Assembly: GCA_030704615.1 (NCBI GenBank)
Contig: CM060733.1
Span: 76,260,001-76,324,000, forward strand
Origin: Takakia lepidozioides
Lineage: Eukaryota; Plantae; Bryophyta
Length of the DNA stretch: 64,000 bases
Direction of reading: 5' to 3'
How positions within the stretch are numbered: position 1 is the stretch's first letter; every line of letters begins with the position of its first letter. The position numbers and the translations under genes were made by a program. Shown here one piece after another: positions 33,235-47,445 of this stretch. Below the pieces are notes generated by a model, which saw only the letters and a list, made by a program, of their open reading frames with translations, searched no databases and had not been told where the DNA came from.

Positions 33235-36200
33235 ATGCTTACATGCACTTACCTGTTCCATTCTGGGCCAACCATACCTTCATGTTCTGTGCCTTGCAAG
33301 CTTTCCTTCAGCTGTTTCAAACAAAGCCTTTTTGTTCGTCTAGAATGAAGAGAGTGAGGGGAATGGAGGATATCAGGGTGAAGAGCACCACGATTCTGCA
33401 GAAGCAAACAATTGCTACACCGCAGGCAGTGCAGCTGCTAAGGGAGTTGCGATTGGAGGGGCTGTTACGCAAGGACTGGTCCTTGCATCATCGGCAGTAT
33501 TTGATTCAATTTCTTCATAACTTTGAGCCTCGGACGGGAGTTACCCAGGTGAGGGGAGTAGATATAGAAATTACTCCCCAGTACCTGCAGCAATTGTTTG
33601 ATTTGTCATCGGGTCATGTGGATGTGGATGAGCATAGGGCAAGATTGCAGATAAGGAATTTGTTCCAAGAAGGGAGTTTCTTTAAGACTCAAGATTACGC
33701 TTGTACCAAAGCTGAGTACCCAGGGCTCAGAGAAGTTGGCCAAATATTGAACGTTCTGTGTGCCATGAAACAGAATCAACAATATTTGAGCAGGTCATTA
33801 ACAGAGGAGATCTTGAAAGCTTTGAGGGGAGAGGATGTAGCTTGGGCGGAGTTAATGTACAATGGTCTGGTGGACGAGATGAAGAGGTTACAGGGCACTG
33901 CTTCTAAGTCTCCGATCATTGTGTCTGGTCCAGTCATTGCCTAAATCATTCTTGACTCTTGCATACTTGATACTCGGGAACGTAAGGAGATGGGAGTGTT
34001 TGAGGCAGTAACCACTGCAATTGAAGAGCAGGGCTCTTCACATAGTGAGGGTAGACTGGCAGGGCAACACCAGTCTAAGAGACAGAAGCGGGGTATGACT
34101 GTAGTGGCGGATCCACTGGCTTTACGGAAACCGCACGATGATGTTTCCCAAGCTCTTGTGCAGGATGGGGCACAGCAGCACAAAAGGCTGTTATTATTGA
34201 AAGCACGGCCTTCGGAGAGGGAAGAGGAAGTCAATTTGGTACCACAGCCACCACAGCTAGTTGACTCAGTTGTCTTAGAGGTTCCACAGTTAGAACATGC
34301 TGTGACACAATCCCCAATTGCTCTGGACGGAGAAAGGTTGGACATTCCCACTACAGAGCAGGTCGTGGCCGAAATTGAGAAGGGTGACCTTCTCTATGAA
34401 AACTCTGGCTTGGTAAGGGAATCAGTGGTTCCAGAGGTGCAGCGCTTGTCCAGGGAAAACCCTGCTGTGCATGTAATACCCACACCTGTGACGGAGGTAC
34501 CAGGGATAGAATATAAGGACACTGCAACACCTGTGGAGGATGAGGTGGCTCAGGAAGAGGATCTGGTGGGGCAATGGCCTGAATGGTTGGTGAGGCATCA
34601 CACTGTGGAGGATCAGGGAGAACAGCAGCAAGTTCACCATGATGACCCCCAGCAGGCCATGCTTATGAGTTCCATAAGCATGACACTTAATTTGTTAGGC
34701 ACTTATGTGAAATCCAATTGGCAGCTTTGAGGGAAGAACTCAGGAAGGAGTTTGAGGCTCAAATTGCCACTGAGTGTGCTAACAAGGTAAATGAGGAGGT
34801 CAATCTCAAGTTACAGCAAGAGTTGGAGGACACAAAGGCTGCCTTGCAGTTGGCCAAGGGACATTTGATTGAAGCAGGCCTCGAGCAAGACCAGTTGCAT
34901 GAAGCACATAAGCAACAGTTATACCAATTGCAGGTGAAGCATGAGGGCAAGTTGCAAGAAGTGAATGTACTACATACAGAGTTGGAGGCAGTACATGAGA
35001 AGATGATCATACAATGTACTACACTCACAACTATTCTTTGAGCAAACTGCATTAGAAGTTAACAGACAAGGGGAGAGATGTATGAGGGCAGAAGCTGAGA
35101 TAATAGAGCAAGCAAAACTCATTGTTGATATGAAGAATACAATCTGTCGCAATGAGAGTACTTTCAAACAATACAGACAGGTTGAGGCTGACCAGGAGAG
35201 GTACATCTTGGAGTTGCAACAAACAGTCATGGTCAATAGAAATGAACCCTCTGTGGCTAACAAGGCTTGGAAGGAAGCCAATAATCTGGCTGCTGCCTAT
35301 GCGGGCCTGGTTGAACCTCATGCGAAGCGCATGGAGGCTTTACAGTAGCAATTAGATGTGTACAGACTCACGGAGGAGCAGACTCTCAGGGGTACCACAC
35401 AGGATTCCACTTAAAGTTCGGCCGTTAAAACACCTAAGGGGAGACGATGATTCTGATACTACTATTTCTTCAGAGGACTCTTTTGACATGGCAGAGGACT
35501 ATGCACTTCAGATGGCAGAGAAGAAACAACGGGGATCTCCTATGCCTGAGAGATTACCTCGTTATCAGCCAAAGGAGGGTCAGACATTTCCAGGTAGTGC
35601 TCAATCATCTCCATCCGCCAGTGACAGGACTCGGGCTCGCACACGGAGTCCTTCACGCGACTCTCACCGACAGAAGGGTGCTCGCTCACAAAGGTTTGCT
35701 GATCCCAAACAGTAAACCGTGAGGACACGGCTTTTTGAGAAGGGGAGGGGTAATGTTAGAGGGCTGCTTGGGACTTAGACGCTTTTACGGGTTCTGTGGG
35801 GTACCCTTAATTTTTGCGCGGACTGAGACCAACAGGAGCCTTAGGGGTGGCAGCAGCAGGCTTTAGGGGGGTTACACAGCCAGTCACAGCCCGACACAGC
35901 CCGCCACAGCTTCGCACAGCTTTACACAACCAGTCACAGCCCGACACAGCTTTACACAGCCAGTCACAACTCGGCACAGCTTGACATAGCCTGTCACAGT
36001 ACATGGGGAACAGTTATCATTGACAGGGAACGACTGTGAGGGAACGACATCTGCAGAGGGAACGTGTTACTTCAGGGGTGACGGTTAGTTAGTTAGGTGG
36101 TTAGAACAGCTTGCGGGTAGATTAGGAGAGCGGCAACGGGAAGGGGATCACTTCACGGGGAGCGCTTCTTGGTCATGCATGAGAGGAGATCAGGCGGAGA

Positions 36201-36719
36201 GCAAGAACGGGAGCAAGGATGGAGAGCACGGTGAAGGAGGAAAGATGAACAGTAGATGCTTATTACATGCAAAGCTGTAGTGATACTGTAGGGCAGATTA
36301 GAGTCACCATGGCATTGGCCTGATACCTGATAAATCATAATCTGATACTTATTCGATACAATCACACTGTATAGAGAGACATGAATGAAGCTGTGGAATG
36401 AATGGATGAGTGAATGGAACTTGGTAGATACTGAAGCAATCTGATGCTTCAGTATACACAGTAAGGTAAATTGCTAACATGAAGGCAAGACAAAATACAA
36501 ATAGGAAGCACAACCATGATTCACTAGCTGTAGGTCATGACTGATTGTTCTGAGTGGGCTGAGTGCTTAGAGATATCCAACTCTTCTATCTTGGAGTTTC
36601 CACATCGGATAGCAAAGGGATGGGTGAGTAAAAGCCGCTCGACAGCGCCTTAGGCACCTTTGGGCTGGAGGTCAACCAAAGAGGTTGCCTAGAATCGCCA
36701 TGGAAAGACGCATCTAACA
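33235..36719 (+). mobile_element. Family B copy 2: extra ORF (degenerate, internally deleted), PPT and complete 3' LTR
   Basis: ORFs 33243..33944, 33990..34730, 34718..35041, 35082..35348, 35356..35715 are homologous to copy 1. Confidence 0.9.
35754..36719 (+). repeat. 3' LTR of family B copy 2 (966 bp)
   Basis: PPT GAGAAGGGGAGGGG-TAA; termini TGTTAGA...TCTAACA. Confidence 0.9.
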
Positions 36720-37636
36720 CGGGTGGCGCGGCCTTCCCCCGTGGGGGGAGTTGACCCCTGGAGCAAAGTACGGGTTGCTGGTACACTACGTGGCAGCACC
36801 AGGCACCATAGCTGGGCCCGCGCAGATACGTCACGAGCGGCAGAGACGACGGAGCCTGCTATTACCCACTGGACCCGCGCCGGCGGCGGGCCAGTCATGC
36901 CGCGCCACGTAGCACTGGCCACGGGGTATCGGTTTTAACCGCTGGATATTACGACGGACCCCGCCATGGACTGTTGGTCCCTGGGACGGGTATTTTAAGG
37001 GGGGTTTCCTCCCTATGCCTTTGATTTCTTGTGCACTATTCATGGTGTTCTTCTTGCATGGAATGAGGGCGTGTTTTAGCAAATTATAAGAAATGGTTGG
37101 AACCATTGGATAGGCCCCAGTGAGGCCATCAGTTTGATATGTATTCCGGGGCTTGTGAAAGCACGGCTCACGGGTGGATGCCACAGGCAAAGAGAGAGAG
37201 CCCAGAGACAGGGAGGAGAGAATCCCTGGTAGGGGTTTCACAAAGTAGAAGATGACATGTTCCAACTTCGTTCTAGGCGGGTTGCTTGCATAAATTAATC
37301 AGATTATATTGGAAGTAGGTGGAAGAGGCGTAGGGAATGGACCCTAGGACCCACTGAATGTTTAATCCTTGTTTACACACCAGGGTGGCGATCAGATGAG
37401 AAACTGATGGGTGGCAGATTTCATTCATCTTGGCCCGGTGATTGTTTAAGTTGCTAATGTGTTATTGATTGGTTTGGTATAGGAATTTAGGGGCGCTCCC
37501 AAGTGTATGAAAGCTCAATGAAGGAGTTAGTTAGAGAGGGAGAGAAAGCCACACATACTCCTGCAGTGGCTAGAGGCTTTCATCAAACAAACGAAATTGA
37601 ACCATAACGATCGAGGTCATGTGAGAGAGAGAGAAC

Positions 37637-39641
37637 CTGAACTTGCCATCTGTTCCGACAATGCCAATTTCAATGTTCTTGCCTGATATTTGGCCCTCAA
37701 ACCTGCCAACATGGAAGGTTAAGACAAACTCTCAACATTTTTCTTTCTTGACATACAACAGAAGGCGAGTGATGAAACAAATAGAGGTTTATATCAAAAC
37801 TCAATAGTTGTCAGAAGGAATGAGAATGGTGCTTACCCCTTTTTCAAAGTAAGAATGGCAGTGTGAATTGCATCTTCCAGCTCCATATCATTTGTATACC
37901 TACTCACTCAATAAATCCCCCCAACCACACATACACGCACATTCATCAACAGTTTTCTGAGGACAAATGGCAAGCCAGCTCACCAGAAGAACAGTGATAA
38001 ACAAAAGAGGGGGAGAATGTACTCATGAGACGTTTGTTGTAGCCTTGTGGCCATAGACCCCGCCCCCAGTTTGGGCAGAACAAGAGGGAACAGACACTAC
38101 CAATGACACTACTTTTCTTTTTTCTTTTTTCCTTTGTCAGTGGCTCGCTCCAATAGTGAACATAAACAATTGGTTCGGGCTTTCCAGATTTCCTCTAGAA
38201 ATCCCTCCACACAAGCATCAATATGTTGTGTGTGAGCTGCCCAACAATCAAACCCCAACAAGGCCAAGGCCTTACGCTCAGCCTCAAGATAAGAATGTAC
38301 TCATAAGACTTTGTTCGCAGTAGCCTTGTGGCTAGGGGGGAGAGAGAGGGAGAAAGAAAGAAGACAAATAATATTTTTAGCATCCACTCGAAGCCAAATA
38401 GCTTGTGGAATAAGAAAGAGACAAAGGGAAGTTCCCACAGAGCTCCAAGAACAGTACCTTCATAACCATTCAAGTACCTGCAATAAATTGCAAAAAGAAA
38501 ATTGACTTGACAAGAGGAAGAGATAGCAACCTTTTCTCTAGGAAGGAATTTGCTTTGGAAACATTCTTCCCAATTGCGGATGCCTTCCATGAAAAGTAAG
38601 AGCCTGAGGGGTCCACCTGCACACCCTGCCTCACCATTAGACACTCGGAGCAATCCCTTTTCACCACGTACTCTTTCAAACCAGAAAAGAACATTCTACT
38701 TACAGATGCAGCAGACTAGAGGTTTTCATTCACTTAAATTTAGACTCGTCTTTCCTTGTTATTTGTCATGCCATCTCAGATATCTGCAACTCATCAAGAA
38801 TCTCTCATCTGATAGATGAAGGTTTCCACTTACATAGTGTCACGCTCTTAAGCATTCAGTCACAGAGGGGCCCCCTGCCTTAGAGCATTCCCCCACAACA
38901 AACAAAGCATCTCAACCAAGCTTGTCCGCCACTACAACTTATATTACTTCAACAGCAACGGTTTCATAACAATAACCATCAAATTGCTGCTGGAATCAGA
39001 TTCCACGATAAAGACCTCCTCCTCCACAGACAACCTACCCACAACAAGCAAAAATAGAGCCATAAACACAAGACGCATCTAATCTTGGGGCATGTGCCCC
39101 TCTTGAAGGTGAATTTGAGGAAGCCACCTGGTACCTGTAACTGAGGACCATTGTCATCAAAGCCTGCCACCAATAGTGAGACACCAAAGGGTCTCACGCC
39201 TCTGCAGATTTACAGCCAACTGAGCGTTACCCCACTGAATGCAAACAGGCTGCCACATACATGAAAGTGGAACCAGAAGGGAACTGCGCCCCGTGAGCAA
39301 TGCTCCTAGCTTCCACACTAAAGTGCACAACTGCGAGCCTTTCACTACTCAACATGCATGCCTGAAATCCATGCAAAGCTATTTCAAGGAACTACCCTTC
39401 AACTACTACAAGTAGCTTGTATTCTGACTTCTGTTCTAGATCACCTTACAATGAACCCCAAGGAAGATAACATAGACCACATTGTATGGAGGTTCCTGAG
39501 TCGCAGTTAGTCAGATTCAAGCTGGATGGAAAGATTTAGAGCAGCTAAGAAAATCCGTACATAAGATAATGGACCTACCCAGACTGGGTAAACTCTTGCA
39601 TCACTGCAGCCGTCTCTCTAACCAATTGAGATGTTGGGATC
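37637..39641 (-). pseudogene. PAB: 20S proteasome subunit alpha type-2, five internal exons only (39579-39641, 39135-39201, 38531-38616, 37837-37899, 37637-37702)
   Basis: QLVRETAAVMQEFTQSG / GVRPFGVSLLVAGFDDNGPQL / VDPSGSYFSWKASA / YTNDMELEDAIHTAILTLK / FEGQISGKNIEIGIVG with GT-AG ends; indels; 5' and last exons not found. Confidence 0.85.
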
Positions 39642-40402
39642 CTGCACTCAAGACAAAGCATCAGTGTAAGTTACACCTACATAAATAGCTACACTGTGAA
39701 GTACTCGAGATAATAGCTACACTATGAAAGTACTCCCCTTGACATTGAAGGCATCAAAGTAAAGAGAAAGGGAAAATTCAGTTTAAAATTTTATTTATGG
39801 GTTCTCTTGGTTTGTCCCCGCTAGATGCTCAAGAACAATCGGCATGCAGAGCCACAATGCACTTGTATCTATGAATTACTTTTATTCTTCATTAAGAATC
39901 GCAGACATGGTAGAGGCGTTGGTTTTGTTGTGCTTGCTTTTGGCTCTTGCGCACCAGCACCCGGGAATCAGGACCCATGCCACTGCAATAACCAAGAGAC
40001 GAATAATTGTCATCAATACCATATGCTTGTTACTAAAACTTAAGCAGATAGACTAGTGAATTGTGAGTTACACTGGCACTTATAAGAGACATCATTTCTC
40101 CCCATTTACGACATGGGAGATAAAAGATAGGCATGGAATCACCATTGCGCAACGATTAGAGCTGTTGTGATGAACTCAATTGCGATATACCACTAGCATT
40201 ACAAATACCCACAATGCCTACCACTTGCTGCAAGAACCAAAGGTCAGTGAGAACAGTGACCTGTACACAACTCCGATGTTTTCTGTAATTGATTGTATCT
40301 TGTGAACCTGCACACATATTTTTGGTCAGCAACCGATCAGGCACAGGACTGCCAAATGAGGGCCCAATGTACATCCGCTAAATGAATCAGATGCCACGAC
40401 TA

Positions 40403-40623
40403 GACAACCTGCCCACAACAAGCAAAAATAGAGCCATAATCACAAGACGCATCTCATCTTGCAGTGTGCGCCTCATGAAGGTGAGTTTGAGGAAGACACA
40501 TGGTACAGCTGAGGACCATTGTCATCAAGCCTGCCACCAATAGTGAGGCACCAAAGGGTCTCACGCCTCTGCAGATTTACAGCCAACTAAGTGTTACCCA
40601 ACTGAATGCAAACAGGCTGCCAC
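40403..40623 (-). repeat. Duplicate of the GVRPFG exon and flanking intron of the proteasome pseudogene
   Basis: Direct copy of about 39027-39256. Confidence 0.85.
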
Positions 40624-40824
40624 CCCCCCCTCAGGCTAAGCACACCCCACAAAGCTTAAAACAGTTCCTACAGGTGTGAACATTGTCCAAGGTAATGGAG
40701 CATAGTGATCGGTGACTCAATCTCCGGTAGACGCATTCTAATAGCTATTCAACTTTTGATGGCAAAATTCTAACCTAATCTATGAGCAATATTAAAGGAA
40801 AAAAAAACTTAGGTTCTGATCTGT

Positions 40825-42330
40825 TTAATTTGTCTGCTCTTTTTCAAGGATTCTAGCTAGGCTGCGAACCCCCAGATCATCTCTAAACCTAGAATGCTTG
40901 ATTTTTCCAAGAGGCTTGGTTAGAATATCAGCTAGTTGGTCTCCTGTTGGAATGTGTACAAGATCTATTTTCATATTTTCAACTTTCTCACGTATATAAT
41001 GATAATGTACTTCTATATGTTTGGTTCGGGCATGAAAGACAAGGTTTTGTGTAATTTTCATGCTGCTCTGATTGTCATACAGGATGACAGTAGGTTCGTC
41101 GCTTACAACTCCAAGTTCTCCTGCAAGATTTCTCAGCCATGTTGTCTCTTTGGCACCTTCAGTTAGTGCTCGATACTCAGCTTCAGTGCTTGACAAAGCA
41201 ACTGTAGGTTGCTTTTTAGAGCACCAACTAACAGCAGAGTCTCTGAGACAAAACACGTACCCAGTTGTCGAGTGTCGTTTGTCATGATTTCCCACCCAAT
41301 CTGCATCGGTATAGCCATGGAGATTGTTGTTGATACTTCGACGAAAGAGAAGACCATAATCAGCAGTCCCTTTTATGTATCTGAAAATTTGCTTAACTGC
41401 ATCAAGATGGGCTTCATGTGGACTGGACATAAACCTACTGCCACACTTGTAGCATATGAAATATCAGGTCTCGTATTTGTCAAGTAAATAAGACTTCCGA
41501 CCATCTGTTTGTAAAGTGTTGAATCAGCACCCGGAGAGTTCATGTTTGCGCATTGGCTGAGACAGTGTCAACTATGCCATCGGTGGCACCCGCTCGCCCA
41601 AGTGTGCCAGCGGTAAGCCTTGTCTGTAGACTCGTTTCCCCCCTTTGTGGGTCAAAATCCACATCTGCTCCTCTTGGCTCAGGAGCACGCGTTGTTGCTC
41701 AAGTGACAGCAGCTGCCGAGTCCACATGCAATGGTCCTGCAAGTGCGGCTCCTCACATGAAACCCATACCAATCTGGTCCCTAGGCATAGGAGGTTGTGC
41801 AAGTGGGGTTTGAACCTCAGGCCTTGGAGCTGGCGCAACATGAGTAGTGGCCATGGTAGCAAGACGTTGCTCTAGTTGGGCAAGCCTATCCACCATGCCT
41901 TGGTCATGACCTTGCCCTTGACCTTGTGCTCCTTGGTTTTGGTTACGACCTCCACCGCGACCTCTGCCTCCTCTACCTCTCTGGACTACATTGCCTCGTC
42001 CCCGACCACCATTGTTCCCTTGGAACTGGCCTGGCCGTAGCTCAGGATGCAAGTCATAACAATGGGCCTCTTCATGCCCATACTTGCCACAATGCCCACA
42101 TTGTAGTTGTGTAGGTTGTCATGGGAACAGCTTGAGGTTTGCAATTGATAAGATTAAACCTCTCTAACATTCTCCTTATATATCCTCGTTGAGTCATCAT
42201 AATGCCTGCAGATAAGTGAATGAACTTTGCTGCAAGGTAATGATTGATGAGCCTCAAGTCAGTCATTTCATAAGCATTCTTGAGCTGATTTCTAAGCCAT
42301 GCAATCTTCTCATGATTGTCTCCGGTCAAG
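40825..42330 (-). mobile_element. Ty1/Copia RT-RNase H fragment
   Basis: YEMTDL, TRPDISYA, YTDADW, SWCSKKQPTVALSSTEAEY, ARTKHIEVHYH, QLADILTK. Confidence 0.95.
41552..42119 (-). mobile_element. LTR-less Gypsy gag fragment inserted in the Copia RT
   Basis: HPELRPGQFQGNNGGRGRG..LEQRLA is homologous to 27640-28195. Confidence 0.9.
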
Positions 42331-42429
42331 CAACCTGGCAGGTATTCAACTAGTTAAGCTAGCCACTTTGCGATTGTCTTGACGCCCACTCGGGATTTTC
42401 TATTTCCCCCCTCTTACAACTTCTTAGGG

Positions 42430-43862
42430 CCACCATCTGAAAGGTTATTTAAAGATAGATGCCCATGCATTATAAATGGATGTATGAACATTATCGAGAA
42501 TAAATTTTTAGTAAATAGTTGTATGAACGTTTATCGAGGACAAAATTTTGTTTTAAATATACTAAATGGTGACAACTTACAAATTTTGTCAATACATAAC
42601 AATAAATAGTGCATGTGATTCATGACCGAAGTTGATACATTTATTGTAGTTGTTGATTTTTTTTAATTTCCCTTAAAACTCCTTAGAGCCGCCCTAAGGA
42701 ATCCTAAAGTCAAATATAAGAAAAAAAAAATTAAATATTTTTATTTTCTCCTTCTTAGGACTCCTTAGGACTATCCTAAGGAGTCCTAATGGCAATTATA
42801 AATAATAATTTATATGTTTTCATTTTTCCACTCTTAAGACTCCTTAGGGGTACCTTAAAGAGTCCTAAGGGCGACTATTTTTAATAATTTACATATTTCT
42901 ATTCCTCCCCCCTTCCTACAACTATCTAGATGGATGTTCATACATTACAAATGGATGTATGAACATTTATCGAGAACAAAATTTTGTTTTAATTGTAATA
43001 AATAGTGACAACCTACAAATTTTGTTCGTAGATACTAATAAGCGGTACATCCGATTCATAAATATAATGACCAAAGTCGATACATTTATTGTAGTACTTG
43101 ATTTTTTTTATCTCCTTAAATAACATATATATATATTCCTCCTTTAGGACTCCTTAGGACTGTCTTAAGGAGTCCTAAGGGCAATTATAAATAACAATTT
43201 TTTTGTTTTTTTTCCTCCTCTTAGGACTCCTTAGGACTGTTCTAAGGAGTCCTAAGGGCAATTATAAATAATAATTTATATGTTTTAATTTTCTCACTCT
43301 TAGGACTCCTTAGGGCCATCCTAAAGAGTCCTAAGAACAATTATAAATAATTATTTATATATTTTTATTTCTCACCTCTTAGGACTCCTTAGGAGTGCTC
43401 TAAGGAGTCATAAGGACAACTATATATAATAATTTTTTATAGTAATTTATATATTTATATTTTTTCCCTCTGGCCACTATCTAGATAGATGTCCATGCAT
43501 TACAAATGGATGTATGAACATTTATGAAAAATAAAATTTTGTTTTAATTGTAATAAATGATGACAACTTACAATTTTTGCTAGTAGATATCAATAAACGG
43601 TACATCCGATTCATAAATATAATGACCAAAGTCGATACATTTATTGTAGTACTTGATTTTTTAATTTCCCTAAAGAGTCGTACGGGCCACCCTAAGGAGT
43701 CATGAGGACAATTTATAACAATTTATATATATCTTTTCCTTCCTCTTAGGACTCCTTAGGACTATCTTAAGGAGTCCTAAGAATAATTATAAATGTAGTA
43801 ATTTACATCTTTCTATTTTCTCCCTTGTTGAGACTCGTTAGGGCCACCTCAGAGTAATTGTA

Positions 43863-43946
<84 letters not shown>

Positions 43947-44045
43947 CTAACGACTTTTTAAAGGAAATTATAAATGATGATTTATATGTTTCCATTTTTT
44001 TCTCTTAGAACTCATTAGTATCGACCTAAGAAGTCCTAAATTCGA
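42430..44045. repeat. AT-rich compound repeat: about 11 hairpin units (TTAGGACTCCTTAG-N7-CTAAGGAGTCCTAA) at about 79 bp inside three roughly 0.5-kb higher-order units
   Basis: Units at about 42673, 42755, 42834, 43144, 43221, 43300, 43379, 43746; repeated block ATGGATGTATGAACATT at about 42474, 42951, 43506. Confidence 0.85.
43867..43944. repeat. (AT)n microsatellite
   Basis: About 39 AT units. Confidence 0.97.
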
Positions 44046-45186
44046 ATATAAATAATAAAATTATTATGATTAATATTTAATTTTTTAACTTAACACAATT
44101 ACTATTATATATATTTTTAGATTAATAAATGAAGTAGGTGGAGATGATTATTTTGAATCTGAATAAATAAGGGAGTTAGTGGATCTCACATTAATGTACC
44201 AACAACTATTTTAATACTTATCAGTAATAGAATTTTGTTTTATTTGTAATAAATAATGACAACTTACATAGTTTGTCTGTTTCTATATATCTAGTTAGTT
44301 TCTAGTAATGAAAGCTACATGTGGTTGGTGTGATTAATAATTAGCTTTCATAAATCCTTACATCTAGTACTTATTGTAATTTTACATCAAAAGTTAAATT
44401 TATGTATCTATCTAATGTCATTATAAAAAGTATATATATGTATGTAAACTTCACAAAGAACACACACAATCGTTATCTCTGAACTTGTTTAGTCTTTCAC
44501 TATCTTCCAGTCTATTGTAGAGTTTTTCATAGTCTTTCAGAGTCCTTCACAATCTCTTATTGCTTTTGAATCTATCAGGATCCCTCTTAGTCTCTTCCAA
44601 CATCTTACATCTTCGGTAGTTTTTAGCAAAGTTGTTTATAATCAAACTCTTTTAAGTGATTAGAACAGAGAGCAGGAGAGAGAGAAGAGATAGAACGGAA
44701 TACAATCATACTGTTACATTTCTGATCTTTGAATGTTCAAAAAATGAAAGTGAAGTTGAATGTTCTGTCATAGATCTAGAAACAAGCTTGATTGTTATAT
44801 GTTTAAGTACTGTGTAGTTATAAGGGAGTGTTTGTAGAACTTATCTGTGACCACAAACTAGAACTGTAGTTTTCCAGGTTAAAGACCTCGTCTAGAATAA
44901 TCCGTTTAGGTGGAAAAAGATGACTGGAAGGGTGATAATCCATTCAACTGGACAAAGGCGATTGGAAAGGTGATGATCTGTGAAAGTGGACAAAGGTGAC
45001 TTGAAGACCGATAATGTGTGCAGCTGGACAAACGTGATAATGGACGTGAATGGCGATAATCTGTTCGAAGGAAACTATCATCTTCTGATATTGGACCGAA
45101 AGGGTGATAATTACATAATATTTGGTGAGAGTCATTCGAACCCAACTTAATAATATATATATACATTTTATATAGTACTATATTGA

Positions 45187-47445
45187 TTGAAAGTGAAGCT
45201 GGATAGTCGAATAATATTGTATTATCTAACTATTGATATGAGTCGATCTATTCATGAATGCCAAATATTTGCTAAGTTATGTTGTGGGACAAAAAGAAAA
45301 CGTCAGTTCCTTCCATACTTTGATTCATGGTATAATGCTAATGAATTACAGTATTTTTGGGAAAAATGTACTTCTACAATGGTGTCTAAAATGAAATGTT
45401 GCTCCATATGTGGAGTAATAAATTTTAATAGTTATCTACAAAATTTTAAGAAAATTAAAAAAAATCCGAGTTGTAGCATATCACCATATCAAATAGCAAA
45501 TATATATCTAAAATATTATACAGAAAATATTGAAGAAAATACATGGAATGTGTGTAATAAATGTGTAAAAAATAAAAATAGAATATCAAATGTTGTATAT
45601 TTTTTACCATCTTATATATTTTTTAAACTCATCTTTCACATGTACAATTATTAACTGTGATCGATATAAGTTTAAGTCTTAAGAAAAAATATAATGAATA
45701 TGGGTTGGGTGAATTAGAGCAAAGATCAATTTTAGATAATGCTATAATTGTTTGGAATCATGAAGAAGATACATGTACTAATAGAGAATATATCAGTAAT
45801 CAAATATCAACTATATTAGCTCAAAATCTATTAACAAATCCAATCATTCAATATTTTATGACATTATCTGAATTACCAAATCAGACATCGGGTGTCTGTA
45901 TACTTCCAGATCGATGTATACAAGGGATAGTTGAAAAATTTGTATCAGAAGGGCAATTACGAACATCTTTAAACTGTCCTAATGTCCTGTTTCTGATACA
46001 ATTCAATATAATAAAAATCAACTTTATAATGTTGGAAATATACAGGTAAGAAATGCTGTAATAAATCGACCATTTTTAATTAATATAGAAGGATTAACAT
46101 CACAAAATATGCATCCAATTTTTTTTTTAAATTAACTTTAGAAAATGTTTTATTTCCTTTTCTATTTCCACATGGAAAAAGGCATTGTACAAATTTTAAG
46201 GATGGTTTAAATGGATACTTAAAAATGAGATGTAACACTTTATTTTCACCATTCACTTTATATAAACCTTATGTTCTTCTCATGTATCAAATATGACAAT
46301 GTCATTTAATAGCGAAATAAGTAAAAGATATTTGTTTAGAAAAAGATATAAAGTTATATAAGAAAAAAATCCAAATGCAACTGATGATATAGTTATGAAA
46401 TATTTTATTAAATATAAAATTCCATCATCTACTCCTGGATCTCCTCAATATCATAAATTTTTTTTAAAAGATTTACTTGCAATGGTTGAAAAATATGGAA
46501 TGCCACATTTGTTTTTGACATTAACTGCTGATGAAATATCTGAAACACGGTGGAAAGAAATAGATGATATTGAAGAAATTGCTAAAAAAATTAATTTTAA
46601 TTTTAATTGGTCGGATTTGTGCAATAGAATGTGCTCATCATTTTCATACCCGAATTCAAATGTTTATGAAGTACTTTATTTTAAATAAATATCATATATT
46701 AGGTAAAATTTTACATTATATTATTCGATATGAAGTTCAACACCGAGGTCCCTTCATGCTCATATTATTTTGTAGATAGATTCTCGAGATGTAGATAGAA
46801 TTACAAATGAAATTGTAGCTTATTTACCCAAAATAACAGCGACAACTTCAGATTCTTTGGATTACAAATTACATCATATTATTCAAAGAAAACAAATTCA
46901 TAAATGTAACCGTTATGGTTGTAAAAAAGATTCTACAACCTGTAAATATGGATTTCCTTATGAACTTTTTTAAATACAATCCCAGCAATAAACCAGACAA
47001 CACAAAGTTGGGAATATCCCCGAGGTGAAGGTACAGATCATAAGAACATAGTACCATATCATCCAGTTATATCTTTATTAGGGAATGCCCATTCAAACAT
47101 ACAAAGAATTACAAATACTGATTGGTCATTATATATCTTAAAATATACAATGAAAGCTGAACCTACTGGAAAATTAAATTTAAATGCTAATGATGATATG
47201 AAGTTAGGACTTTCTGATTTATCTGAAATACAATTAAAAGTTGTTTCGTCTTATGTTCTTAGTAACCCAGTATTTATAAAAGAAGCAGCAATTACATTAT
47301 CTAATATACCTATAATTCAAAGAAGTGAAGTTGTTTATTACATTAATAGTGCACATGTACAACATAGAACACGATTTATTCAAAAATCTAACAACTTATC
47401 TCTTCATCCCATTGATTTATATTCGATGAGACTAGAAAACCTTGT
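45187..47445 (+). mobile_element. Helitron Rep (HUH endonuclease) half, degenerate
   Basis: PGSPQY..DLLAMVEKYGMPHLFLTLTAD, RYEVQHRG-(frameshift)-LHAHII (HUH), YILKYTMKAE (Y2); many stops. Confidence 0.9.
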
